DNA of 64,000 nucleotides from a virus: IMG/VR virus record IMGVR_UViG_3300006810_006497, positions 3,918 to 67,917 of that record; one strand, 5' to 3'. Shown piece by piece: positions 47,354 to 56,562 of this stretch (position 1 is its first letter; each line of letters starts with the position of its first letter). The notes under the pieces were generated by a model. It saw only the letters and a program-made list of their open reading frames with translations, ran no database searches and was not told where the DNA came from. The position numbers and the translations under genes were made by a program.

Positions 47354-47764
47354 CTATTCGTTTCCTGGCCCAACGCCTGTTTCCTTCTGTCGCAATTTCT
47401 CTTCAATCTCTCGATAATACGCATTGCGCCTTGCCATTTCATCTTCGTATGACTCGTTGCTACGATCAGGGACGTTCTTGTACGCATCCTTTCCATGAAT
47501 TGAAGTCGAACCACATTCGGGACATCGATTATCAGGACGACCAGATGGCGTCATTTGCATGAAATTGTGCAACGTCCCCTCATAGCCACAGGAATAGCAC
47601 TCCTCCGTTGCATCAACCAAGTTGGGGTCGGCAACGCCCAAGATCTGCTGGATTGCTCTTAGAGCGGGATTGTTGAATTGTTCATTATCGATGAACTCGT
47701 CATCGTTGTCATCATCGTCGATTCCTTTCATGATGCGCCACACCAGATCGAAAGCACCGCTCAT
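47354..47764 (-). CDS. Zn-ribbon protein with leader
   Basis: MSGAFDLVWRIMKG. CYSCG...CPECGS. Confidence 0.65.
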   Translation of the reverse strand: MSGAFDLVWRIMKGIDDDDNDDEFIDNEQFNNPALRAIQQILGVADPNLVDATEECYSCGYEGTLHNFMQMTPSGRPDNRCPECGSTSIHGKDAYKNVPDRSNESYEDEMARRNAYYREIEEKLRQKETGVGPGNE

Positions 47765-47910
47765 GCCCTCCGCATGACCCAACTTCCGATAAATCTGCTC
47801 CTGTCAATCATGACAACATTTTTCCCAAAAATTGTCCGTGGAGCGTATGGCGTCTGCCGCCCGCTGGCGGCAAAAAAAAAAACGTGTCCAGACATACCCC
47901 GCCGCAAAAA

Positions 47911-48261
47911 CGCCCAGTCGCAGACTGGGCGGGGGGCTGGCGGTCGGTCGAGGCGGTCGGTGTGGCGCACCCAGTCGGCCCGTGGCACGATCAAACCGTG
48001 GTGCTGCGCCCCTGTGGGGATGACTGGGCGGGTGGCACACCCGCCCCGCCGCACCCAGTCTGCGTGGTCGGTCGAGGGGGCGTTCTGTGGCGTTGCAGGG
48101 CGTGTGGCGATGGCTCACCCAGTCTGTGGCTACATCACCACAAACGGGGCGGTTCTGCGCCCCTCCAGCGTCCTCGACTGGGTTCATCCCCACATCGGCC
48201 CCACCCAGTCCCAACGAGGGCCTCACAGGGCGTTTCCGTGGCTACATCGGCACACCCAGTC
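47911..48261. repeat. array of nine CCCAGTC motifs in both orientations, including a hairpin
   Basis: Forward at 47913, 47970, 48054, 48118, 48204, 48255. Reverse at 47923, 48022, 48176. Confidence 0.8.
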
Positions 48262-48458
48262 CCCCGCCACCGCCACCCACCCACCGTGGACACCAAAAAT
48301 CGACGCCCTGCGCCCCTATCTGGACACCAAATGCACAGATTTGTCCGAGATCGTGGGGCCTCGACAACGCACACCGACCCTGCCCGCAGGGTGGCCGCAG
48401 CACCCTGTTTTTGGTGTGGATATGCGGTGCTTGAGGGTGGGAGATCGAGGGCGAAATT

Positions 48459-48619
48459 AGACACGATAGACACTTTGGACATGGTGGTAAGGGAATGGAC
48501 AGAAAGAACACGACAGAGAGAGAACATTTTCACCACCACTTCACCACCATTCTCCCCCTATCGTCCCTGTCCTTTGTCCTCCTTTTCTTTCGATCATGTC
48601 GAAAGTGTCCATCGTGTCT
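48459..48619. repeat. 25-bp inverted repeat (23/25 match)
   Basis: agacacgatagacactttggacatg (48459-48483) versus catgtcgaaagtgtccatcgtgtct (48595-48619). Confidence 0.85.
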
Positions 48620-48784
48620 TTCATTATGCAAAATCCTGGGCGCAGTCATGCGTTTTCGTTCCTCGACATTGGTGTCCCAAACCGTGTCGTTTGTGTCTAT
48701 CCTGTCCGACGCCTTTAGAAAGGCACACCCCTTCGGACAGGGGGAGGGGGGCGCACACTACCCCCGTTGAAACCCAATATGGAG

Positions 48785-49339
48785 ATGAGCAAAATGCAGA
48801 ACCGAAGCACATACCGAAGCAGCGATTTGACGAGCGTCAAGGCCGTCATTGAAACCCACTTGAAAGGCAAGACGAAGGACACGAAGATCATCCTCCGCCT
48901 CTCGTTGAACGAGGGCGGTTTGACTGTCCCCTCGAAGAAGCAACTGTTGGCCCCCCTGCCGATGGCCTCCAAGAAGCAACTGTTCGACGCCCTTGAAGCG
49001 ATTGACGAAGAAGCCACGCTGGACAGCACCGACCTCTCTGGAGGCGGCTTTGAAGCCCTCAGCAACGGCCAGAAGGGATACCTCCGCCGTCAAGTCGGCA
49101 AAATGGCGACCCACGAGCCTCGATACCGTGTCCATTGGAGGGACTTGGGCGAGTTGTACGGCTCCCGCCGATACGCCCTCTCTGTCATGGTGCTGCCAGC
49201 CCGCATCACCACGGAATGGAAGCGATGGTGTCGCCACATGGATGCCGCTTGGAAGGCCCACAACGCTGCTGTGAGAGAGAAGCACAAGGCACACATGGCT
49301 GACCTTGCCCACGACGACACCGTAGGGGGTGCTGAATGA
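48785..49339 (+). CDS. hypothetical early protein
   Basis: First gene of the plus-strand ATGA-coupled run. Confidence 0.65.
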   Translation: MSKMQNRSTYRSSDLTSVKAVIETHLKGKTKDTKIILRLSLNEGGLTVPSKKQLLAPLPMASKKQLFDALEAIDEEATLDSTDLSGGGFEALSNGQKGYLRRQVGKMATHEPRYRVHWRDLGELYGSRRYALSVMVLPARITTEWKRWCRHMDAAWKAHNAAVREKHKAHMADLAHDDTVGGAE

Positions 49340-49746
49340 TGTCAGCCCCTGTTGGTTCGATCTCCTTCATCTGCAATGCCTGTTTCAAGGGCTGGAGCCA
49401 CGCCCACAGCACCATCCACGCTGGCGGCGTGTTCTCCGTTGACGCCACCCAGTTCTGGGGCCTCTTCAACAACCGCATCACCAACGCCATGTTCGAGGAC
49501 GATGACAACGCTGTGTTCAACGCCATGGGCCTCGGCAGCCCGATCTGCCGATACCATTGGATGAACGATGTCAAGACGGCTCTCGAAGCCCATCGCCGCA
49601 GCCCCACCATGCCCTTTGAGGAGCGCATGAAGAAGAAGGGAATCACGTTTTTCCACGCCTTCTGGATGCACCAGTTGAAGGCCGACGCTGGCTTCATGGC
49701 TGATGCTCCCTTCACCATCGCAGAGGTTGAGGAGGTGGCTCAATGA
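49336..49746 (+). CDS. hypothetical protein
   Basis: ATGA-coupled on both sides. Confidence 0.65.
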   Translation: MMSAPVGSISFICNACFKGWSHAHSTIHAGGVFSVDATQFWGLFNNRITNAMFEDDDNAVFNAMGLGSPICRYHWMNDVKTALEAHRRSPTMPFEERMKKKGITFFHAFWMHQLKADAGFMADAPFTIAEVEEVAQ

Positions 49747-50063
49747 GCGACGATTTCTCCCCCATCCTCCTCGACCGCCGCATCACCAAGCGGGACATCT
49801 CCGACATGGCCCTCCTGTTCAGTCAGTTGGCCGATTCTGTTCGGTTCGATGACCGCCTTCAAGCGGCCACCTTCACCATGATGCGGGATGTCGTTTCGAC
49901 GCTGGCCGATCACGCTCCCCGCCACCTGCCGACCCCAGATTGGCACGACGATGAGATGTGCTGTGGGTTCCTGTGGGGCCAATTCGCTGATGTGTCCACC
50001 CTCGTCAACTGCTGCCCGCTGTGCGGTAAATCCGTTGTGAAGCCAGAGGGGTGGTCTGCATGA
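49743..50063 (+). CDS. Zn-finger protein, paralog A
   Basis: WHDDEMCCGFLW...CCPLCG. Confidence 0.65.
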   Translation: MSDDFSPILLDRRITKRDISDMALLFSQLADSVRFDDRLQAATFTMMRDVVSTLADHAPRHLPTPDWHDDEMCCGFLWGQFADVSTLVNCCPLCGKSVVKPEGWSA

Positions 50064-50350
50064 GCGACGACGCCTCTTGGAACGCCACCGTTCGCCTTGG
50101 TGCATGGAGCGGCAGGGTCGCTCTCCCCAAGGCCCTCTTCCCCACCGCAGAGGGTGCTGTCAACACCGTCCTCCGTGCTGGCCTCGCTGCCGTCGAGGAC
50201 GCCAACCCTCGCCCTGCCCCCCTGTGGCACGATGAGGAGTTGTGCTGCGGCATCATCTGGGCGCAGGTTGAACGCTTCTCCAACATCGTCAAGCATTGTC
50301 CGTGTTGTGGCGACCGCCTCTCCTACATCCCCAAGGAGGCGTTGGAATGA
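50060..50350 (+). CDS. Zn-finger protein, paralog B
   Basis: WHDEELCCGIIW...HCPCCG. Confidence 0.65.
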   Translation: MSDDASWNATVRLGAWSGRVALPKALFPTAEGAVNTVLRAGLAAVEDANPRPAPLWHDEELCCGIIWAQVERFSNIVKHCPCCGDRLSYIPKEALE

Positions 50351-53300
50351 GCGGCCTCGATCTCTGGCCTTGGAACGGCTCGACCGTTCGCACCACCCCC
50401 GTCGCTGAACCCCGCTTCGTGGTGTTCACCCGCTGCAACTCCGATGTCAAGTGCATTGGCATCCACAGCACCCGTGATGACATGATCTCACACATCGCTT
50501 CGCTGGAGGGGGATGTCGTGCCGTTCGGATTCACGTCCTCATCGGCCCTCAGCCTGTCCACCTTTGAGCATGGGACTGACCGCTTCTTCCCTGCCGCCAG
50601 CGGAGGAGAGTCAGCCTCGTGGGGCATCATCCCTGCCTCCGACTTCATCGATCAAGTGGCTGGATGCGACGACCCTTCGTTGCCGTATCCTCAAGCCCTC
50701 CTCAACTTCATCATCCCTCCCGTTGACCGCAACGGGAACCCGTGGAGCCGCCAGCAACGAGCCGCCAACGAGGAGAAGGCGTGGAAGGTCATCACAGGGA
50801 CTGCTCGCATCGCTGTCGGTGCTGTGGCAGGTTCTGGTAAGTCCTCGCTGGTCAAGGGCATGGTCGAGGCCGTCGCTCGCTGGAACCCCACCATTGAGGT
50901 GTCCATCACGGCGTTCAACACCCACATCGCCAAGGATGCCATGGCCGACCTCAAGCACCTCGCCAAGGTGTATGGCCTCCGTGCCAAGATTCTCGGCGGC
51001 TCGAACACCGTCAACGCTGGTGGACACGCCATGAACCGTGCCAAGGCAGCGGCAGAGGGCTTCACCGTGCCGAAGGACGCCAACCTCAGCGGCAAGGATG
51101 ACCCTTACCGCATCCTCCCTCGCATGGTCTTCTCTGGGGCCTTGGGCGACCCTGCCTACGGCATCGACGCTCGCACCCTCGTCATCGCTGCTGGTGCGCT
51201 GAATGTCAAGACCACCTCCCACGCCTTCAACGATCTCACCCGTGGCCTCCAGTCCGTCTGCACCATGCTGATGAACGAGGGCTTCGTTCCTCGCTCCATG
51301 GCGACCCCTGTGGTCGATGGGTATGTCGTCCCCTCAGTCGAGGACGAGGGCATGAACAACGACGAGATTCAAGAGGTCGTGGGCATCCTCCAGCGGGTCG
51401 GAAAGGACCAGGGATTGGATGACAATCCAGTCGTGTCCATCGGCCTCCCTGTCGTTGCTCGACTCGCCATCACCGTCCTCGCTCTGCGGGTGCAGACGGC
51501 CTTCATCCGTGCCAAGCACCGCCCGTCCTGTGGCGAGGCCGACTGGATGAACGCCATCGTCCCTGCGAAGTCCTCCAACAACCGCTGGCTGGACGCTGGA
51601 ACCATCAAGGCCCTCAACAACCACAGGGACGCCTCGAAGATCACAGCGCAACGCTACGCCATCCTCTCCACCGCCAACGTCCTCTTCCCTCCAGCGGGGA
51701 AGACCACCAAGAGCGTCGGCTCCAAGTCCTTCGCCACCAACGCCACCACCAAGGCCGTTGTGAAGATGGTCGGTGATGACATCGCCTTGACCTTCGAGAA
51801 CGATGGGCAGAAGGCCAAGTTGGATGGGGTCTGGATTGGCCGTCAATTCGGCAAGGCTGGAACCTACAAGGTGGACGGCATGAAGGTCGGCTCCATGGCT
51901 CCATTCAGCGGTGCGAAGGGATACCGTGTCGTCAAGCCCAAGCACCTCGACACCGTTCTCAGCGTCCTCGCTGAGGTGTTCAAGGAGGGCGAGGTGGACG
52001 TTCGTTTGGACGGCGTTGACCTGCCGTCCGACGACGACCTCGCTGAGGTTGAGTCGCAGGGCGTTTGGTATTGGTCGATGCCCGACCAGATTTACCTGCC
52101 CCACGCCCTCGATCTCCAGTTGCCTGAGCATGAGAAGGCCCGCTGCATGATGATCGATGAGGTTCAAGACCTCAGCGTCCTCAAGGCCAACCTCGTGTGG
52201 AAACTCTGCACCGATGACGCCCACATCACCATCGTTGGGGACACCTCCCAAGCGATTTACCTGTTCGCTGGAGCGTCCTCGACGGCCTTCCACGACAACG
52301 CTGAGGCCATCGGTGCGAAGTGGTTCCCCCAGTCCGTCTGCTGGCGTGGGACGGCCATGGTCGCCGCCTCTGCCCGTGTTGCCTGTGCTGATGCCCTCGC
52401 CATGGTGAAGCGTCGTTATCCCAACGAGGACTACACGACCTGCAACTACCACAACCACTTCTCCCCTGCCCACCCTGCCGTGGCCGATCAATTCGCCCAC
52501 CTCAACTGGTCAACGGGAGCGTTGCCGATGGTCATCAACGGTGAGTCCGTGGTGGGCTTCGTCGAGAACGCCCGCACCCTCCTTGGCGAGGACACCACCT
52601 TCGGCCTCCTGTGCCGCCTCAAGCGTCCTCTGCCCGACTACATCAAGCGACTCCTCAAGGCTGGCATTCCTGTGTCCACGCCCTCTGGGAAGGACGGCCT
52701 CGTGAACCAAGCGTTCAAGGCCACCGCAGAGGCTCCACGGACGGACTCCAAAATCACCGAGGACGGCTGGCCTGTCAAGGCCCTGTCCCGCCTTGGATTG
52801 GGCTGGAAGGACGCTCCCCTTCGCAACTTCTCGCTCCGCATCGCCATCCAAGTGATTGAGGAGTTGAAGAAGCACACCATGCTCAAGTGGACGGACTTCC
52901 ACGGCGGCGATGCCAAGCAACTCGCCACCTGCCCCAACTTCGAGGAGGCCATGGCAGCCATCGATCTCATTGAGGCGTTCACCACGCTGTTCTTTGAGCG
53001 TGTTTCCAAGGACGACATCCGTGCCACCCCCAAGGACATCAGCATCGCCAAGGGCCTCCGTGATTGGGTCGAGAACACCCTCTTCGCTGAGAAGGGCGGC
53101 TCTGCCGTTCACATCTCCACCATCCACCGCTACAAGGGCGACGAGGCCGATGTGATGTTCCTCATTGACCGCATCGTCAACCCCTCCCCTGATTCCGACA
53201 AGCCGTTCGTGTCGTGCTTCATGTCGGAGCGTTCGATGGAGGCTTCGTTCGAGTCTGCGATTGGCGAGGTCAACAACACCTACGTCGCTTGGACTCGTGC

Positions 53301-53748
53301 CAAGAAGTGGAATGTCATCGTTGACGAGTCGGTTGATTTCTATGCCGACCTCAAGGCCACGATGACCAAGGCCATTGAGGGCGACTACGAGGCCGTTCTG
53401 GAGGCTCCACGCTCTGCTGAGGCTCCGACCCCCGTCGAGGACGCTGAGGACGCCTCCAGCGGCCTTGAGCGATGTTGTGATGAGGACTGCAACCACGGAA
53501 CCGACACCGCAGGTGCTGTCATCCTCGATCTTGACGACACCCGCACCTGCGCTGGCTGTGGAGGCCACCTCTGCCGTGTCCGTGATGACCAAGGCAGCGT
53601 CTGCGTCATCCGCTCCTGTGGGACGCCCACAGGCCATTCCTTCGTGGACGCTCTGGAGAACCCTCCAGCCGACCCCACCGCCGACTACGATGAGATTCTC
53701 TGCACCGCTTGCTCCGACGCAGCCCGTGCTGAGGAGGTGAACCAATGA
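50347..53748 (+). CDS. UvrD/Rep-like superfamily 1 helicase with large insertion and Cys-rich C-terminus
   Basis: AVAGSGKS, IDEVQD, VGDTSQAIYLFAGA, STIHRYKGDEAD, YVAWTRAK. Confidence 0.9.
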   Translation: MSGLDLWPWNGSTVRTTPVAEPRFVVFTRCNSDVKCIGIHSTRDDMISHIASLEGDVVPFGFTSSSALSLSTFEHGTDRFFPAASGGESASWGIIPASDFIDQVAGCDDPSLPYPQALLNFIIPPVDRNGNPWSRQQRAANEEKAWKVITGTARIAVGAVAGSGKSSLVKGMVEAVARWNPTIEVSITAFNTHIAKDAMADLKHLAKVYGLRAKILGGSNTVNAGGHAMNRAKAAAEGFTVPKDANLSGKDDPYRILPRMVFSGALGDPAYGIDARTLVIAAGALNVKTTSHAFNDLTRGLQSVCTMLMNEGFVPRSMATPVVDGYVVPSVEDEGMNNDEIQEVVGILQRVGKDQGLDDNPVVSIGLPVVARLAITVLALRVQTAFIRAKHRPSCGEADWMNAIVPAKSSNNRWLDAGTIKALNNHRDASKITAQRYAILSTANVLFPPAGKTTKSVGSKSFATNATTKAVVKMVGDDIALTFENDGQKAKLDGVWIGRQFGKAGTYKVDGMKVGSMAPFSGAKGYRVVKPKHLDTVLSVLAEVFKEGEVDVRLDGVDLPSDDDLAEVESQGVWYWSMPDQIYLPHALDLQLPEHEKARCMMIDEVQDLSVLKANLVWKLCTDDAHITIVGDTSQAIYLFAGASSTAFHDNAEAIGAKWFPQSVCWRGTAMVAASARVACADALAMVKRRYPNEDYTTCNYHNHFSPAHPAVADQFAHLNWSTGALPMVINGESVVGFVENARTLLGEDTTFGLLCRLKRPLPDYIKRLLKAGIPVSTPSGKDGLVNQAFKATAEAPRTDSKITEDGWPVKALSRLGLGWKDAPLRNFSLRIAIQVIEELKKHTMLKWTDFHGGDAKQLATCPNFEEAMAAIDLIEAFTTLFFERVSKDDIRATPKDISIAKGLRDWVENTLFAEKGGSAVHISTIHRYKGDEADVMFLIDRIVNPSPDSDKPFVSCFMSERSMEASFESAIGEVNNTYVAWTRAKKWNVIVDESVDFYADLKATMTKAIEGDYEAVLEAPRSAEAPTPVEDAEDASSGLERCCDEDCNHGTDTAGAVILDLDDTRTCAGCGGHLCRVRDDQGSVCVIRSCGTPTGHSFVDALENPPADPTADYDEILCTACSDAARAEEVNQ

Positions 53749-54197
53749 ACACGATTACGATTGAAGTTGAAGGCTTGATGAACGACGATGACAGGATGGA
53801 GGAGTTTCTCCAATACCGCCCCAAGGGGGGCCAATGGCCCGAAGGGTTCCTGTACCGAGAATACTCCATCGAGGACGGCCACTACGCATGGGCTTCGGCT
53901 CGTGTCGTTGAGATCACCATCCCCTTGACCCGTCAAGCGAACGTCCCCTCCGATGTTCTGCCGTTCGACGAGTTGATGTATCAGCGAGGGCAGCAACAGG
54001 CCACTTGGACGAAGAGAGGCGCACCACCATGGCCTCAGTTGATCGATGCCATCAACGAGGCTCTTGATGACGATGACGCCTGTGAAGGGCAGGGCATGGA
54101 GGTGGGCGCAGCCCCGCTTTGGTACGCGACCTCGAACAGTTGGCCTCGGCTCCTTTGGGACGCTCGCCTCATCCCTGTTGAGGAGGTGGCTGAATGA
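53745..54197 (+). CDS. hypothetical protein
   Basis: GGAGGTGA SD, ATGA coupling. Confidence 0.65.
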   Translation: MNTITIEVEGLMNDDDRMEEFLQYRPKGGQWPEGFLYREYSIEDGHYAWASARVVEITIPLTRQANVPSDVLPFDELMYQRGQQQATWTKRGAPPWPQLIDAINEALDDDDACEGQGMEVGAAPLWYATSNSWPRLLWDARLIPVEEVAE

Positions 54198-54733
54198 TTA
54201 CCAACGGCGACGGCATGAAACCCCTGTGGAGGCGGAAGATGCGAGGCAGCGACTCCACCTACGCCGACTTCCTCGACGGGCGTGGCATCGTCATGTGGAA
54301 CCCTCTCCACACCAGGTCCGACGAGGACGGCTGGCTCCGTTGCCAAGGGGACGGCCCCAACTCCGTTGGCTGGCCCGCCTACAACAACGAGCAGGACATC
54401 GGCAACGGCGTCCTCATCCACTACTACTGCGGCGGCGAAACGAACATCCGCCTCTCCCCCACCCAGACGGCCAAGTGGAACGAACACCATGGCTACACGC
54501 CTCCCCTGTCGGAGGAGGAGCAACGGGAGCAGGAGTTGGCGGCGTTGACCCCACAGGAGCGGAAGATCGAGGAGTTGTCCGATCTCATCCACAAGGAGGG
54601 CAAGCGACTCGCTTTGCTCAAGATTGAGGAGGAGCGGCTCGCCAAAGCCCACGACTGGCAACAGCGACAGGTTCGAGCGAGCGTTGAGATGATTCAGCGG
54701 CTCCACGCTGCCCTTGAGGAGGTGAAGGAATGA
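54194..54733 (+). CDS. hypothetical protein, coiled-coil C-terminus
   Basis: ATGA coupling. Confidence 0.65.
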   Translation: MITNGDGMKPLWRRKMRGSDSTYADFLDGRGIVMWNPLHTRSDEDGWLRCQGDGPNSVGWPAYNNEQDIGNGVLIHYYCGGETNIRLSPTQTAKWNEHHGYTPPLSEEEQREQELAALTPQERKIEELSDLIHKEGKRLALLKIEEERLAKAHDWQQRQVRASVEMIQRLHAALEEVKE

Positions 54734-55179
54734 GCAACTACGTTGAGATCACCAAGGCTGAGTTTGACGCCTTCATGGACGCTCTGGGCTTTGAGCAGGT
54801 CGAACCCAACCACCGATGCCACGAGGCCGTGTACGACGCCCCCTACGGCGACGGAGGATGCTTCGTGCGGGTCTATTCCACCATCGCCACCGATGATGTC
54901 GGTCGAGGCGCAGGGAAGGACGCCATCCGTGTCGTTGCCGTCAGCCCTGGAGGGGATGTTTTCCTCAAGCCGAACAAGCGCGTCCACCGCACCAAGAATT
55001 GGAGGAGGAACACGCTCGACCGCATCGACAGGATTCACGAGTTGAACCCCACCTTCGAGGAGCGACCCTGCACCTGTGGCGGGACGCTGAGGACACGTGC
55101 AGGAAAGCACGGTGCTTTCCTTGGCTGCTCCAACTATCCCAAGTGCCGCAACACCGCCCAACCGACGAGGGGTGATTGA
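54730..55179 (+). CDS. protein with topoisomerase-type C4 Zn finger
   Basis: CTCGGTLRTRAGKHGAFLGCSNYPKCRNT. Confidence 0.75.
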   Translation: MSNYVEITKAEFDAFMDALGFEQVEPNHRCHEAVYDAPYGDGGCFVRVYSTIATDDVGRGAGKDAIRVVAVSPGGDVFLKPNKRVHRTKNWRRNTLDRIDRIHELNPTFEERPCTCGGTLRTRAGKHGAFLGCSNYPKCRNTAQPTRGD

Positions 55180-55205
55180 TCGTGCTTTCAGCGGGCAGCA
55201 GGAGA

Positions 55206-55225
55206 GTGAGTCTTCAAATACACCA
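55206..55225 (+). promoter_or_regulatory. putative promoter GTGAGTCTTCAAATACACCA
   Basis: Intergenic. TTCAAATACACCA matches TTCATATACACCA at 62505 in 12 of 13 positions. Confidence 0.5.
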
Positions 55226-55353
55226 TATGGTGTGGGCGGGAAGCACGGGAGTTGATGAGATGACAACCAAACAGGAAGAAACGATGCACGAGGAGCGACC
55301 ATGGGGCGAGAGTGGGGACGAGGATTCCCACCTGCCATTTTGAGGTGATTGAC

Positions 55354-55761
55354 ATGAGCGACGAACAACCGATTGACCACACGATCATCTGCATCCCCAA
55401 CGAACATTGGGAGGTGCTTGAAACGACCCTCAGCATGGATGCAGAATCCAAGCATTTTGAACCAGCCATTAGGGAGGACATCAACGAGGCTCTGGAGGAG
55501 TTGGAGCAATCCTTCCTCCCTTCACGCATCGTTGAGATGCTGCCCAAGAGCATCCTCGACGGCGACACACGCTTCCCCGACTACAACGGGGCATCCACCC
55601 TTGACGAGGTTCTCAACGCCCTCTTTGGGGACATTGATGACCTCCTCAATTCGATTGAGTGGGTGGAGAGCGACAGGAACGGCCTCGCCACGCTTCACAT
55701 TGACAAGGAGATGGCTGAGGACTTCGCTGACAAATACGGCTTCAAGGGGGACTCTCAATGA
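55354..55761 (+). CDS. acidic hypothetical protein
   Basis: GAGGTGA SD before ATG 55354. Confidence 0.65.
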   Translation: MSDEQPIDHTIICIPNEHWEVLETTLSMDAESKHFEPAIREDINEALEELEQSFLPSRIVEMLPKSILDGDTRFPDYNGASTLDEVLNALFGDIDDLLNSIEWVESDRNGLATLHIDKEMAEDFADKYGFKGDSQ

Positions 55762-56558
55762 CTGACCTCATCACCACCAACAACGACCTCGTGAAGCGCA
55801 ACTTCGAGTTGACGCTCGCTGAGGCATCCGATGACGATCTCACCAACGCCCATGAGAATGTGGCGATGGTTCTCTCGATGGTCAAGGCGGAGCAACTCCG
55901 CCGTGTCCGTGTTCTCTGGGAGGCTCACAACGCTGAGATGAACGAGAAACACGCCGCCAACCTTGAGCGGTATCGCTGGTTCAAGTCCACGTTCTCCAAA
56001 CCTCACGAGGGGCAGACCCTCGAACGCCAGCACAAGGACGAGTGGGCTGCGCTCTGCGTAGCCCTCCGTGCTGAACACCTTGGCCCCTACAAGGTGTACG
56101 ACCTCAAGAGCGATGACCTGCGGCAGAAGCCCAAGCACACGCTCTTGACCTACGATGGGTTCTGGAAAGACCCCTCCTTGGTTCATTCCGCTTTTCGCCC
56201 TCACCAGCCGCAACGCTGCTCACAGATCGAGGATGCCCGCTGCCTCACGGAGGACTGCGGTGGCTCCTACGCTCCCAAGGATTGGGTTCGGCACACTTAC
56301 CATCAACCATCGGAACAGGAGATGCCAGGTGCGCCTGTGTACCCTGCGTTCGATGTGTACCATTGTTTCTGCTGCGGCGACCAATTCAACGTCCGTGGCG
56401 GTCTTGAACACAATGTTGGCGGTGTTGACTGCATGGGTCAGCCTCTGTACGCCAACATGACCACGGACGAGGTGGTGGCGCAATACGCTCGCACCCACCC
56501 CAACGAGTTTTCCCCTGATGAGTTGGAGCGATGGCTCCCCGCTGAGGAGGGATGGTGA
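55758..56558 (+). CDS. hypothetical protein
   Basis: ATGA coupling. Cys motifs. Confidence 0.65.
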   Translation: MTDLITTNNDLVKRNFELTLAEASDDDLTNAHENVAMVLSMVKAEQLRRVRVLWEAHNAEMNEKHAANLERYRWFKSTFSKPHEGQTLERQHKDEWAALCVALRAEHLGPYKVYDLKSDDLRQKPKHTLLTYDGFWKDPSLVHSAFRPHQPQRCSQIEDARCLTEDCGGSYAPKDWVRHTYHQPSEQEMPGAPVYPAFDVYHCFCCGDQFNVRGGLEHNVGGVDCMGQPLYANMTTDEVVAQYARTHPNEFSPDELERWLPAEEGW

Positions 56559-56562
56559 GAAC

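Noticed and set aside
47911-48261. Possible mini-CRISPR array
   Set aside because: The repeats are only 7-12 bp, irregularly spaced and in both orientations. No cas genes are present.
47678-48852. 260-aa and 322-aa ORFs across the switch region
   Set aside because: Arg/Pro/Trp-rich translations of GC-rich repeat DNA, with no SD or coupling. Treated as non-coding.
50611-53745. Long minus-strand ORFs (388 and 411 aa) opposite the helicase
   Set aside because: Shadow ORFs caused by high GC3.
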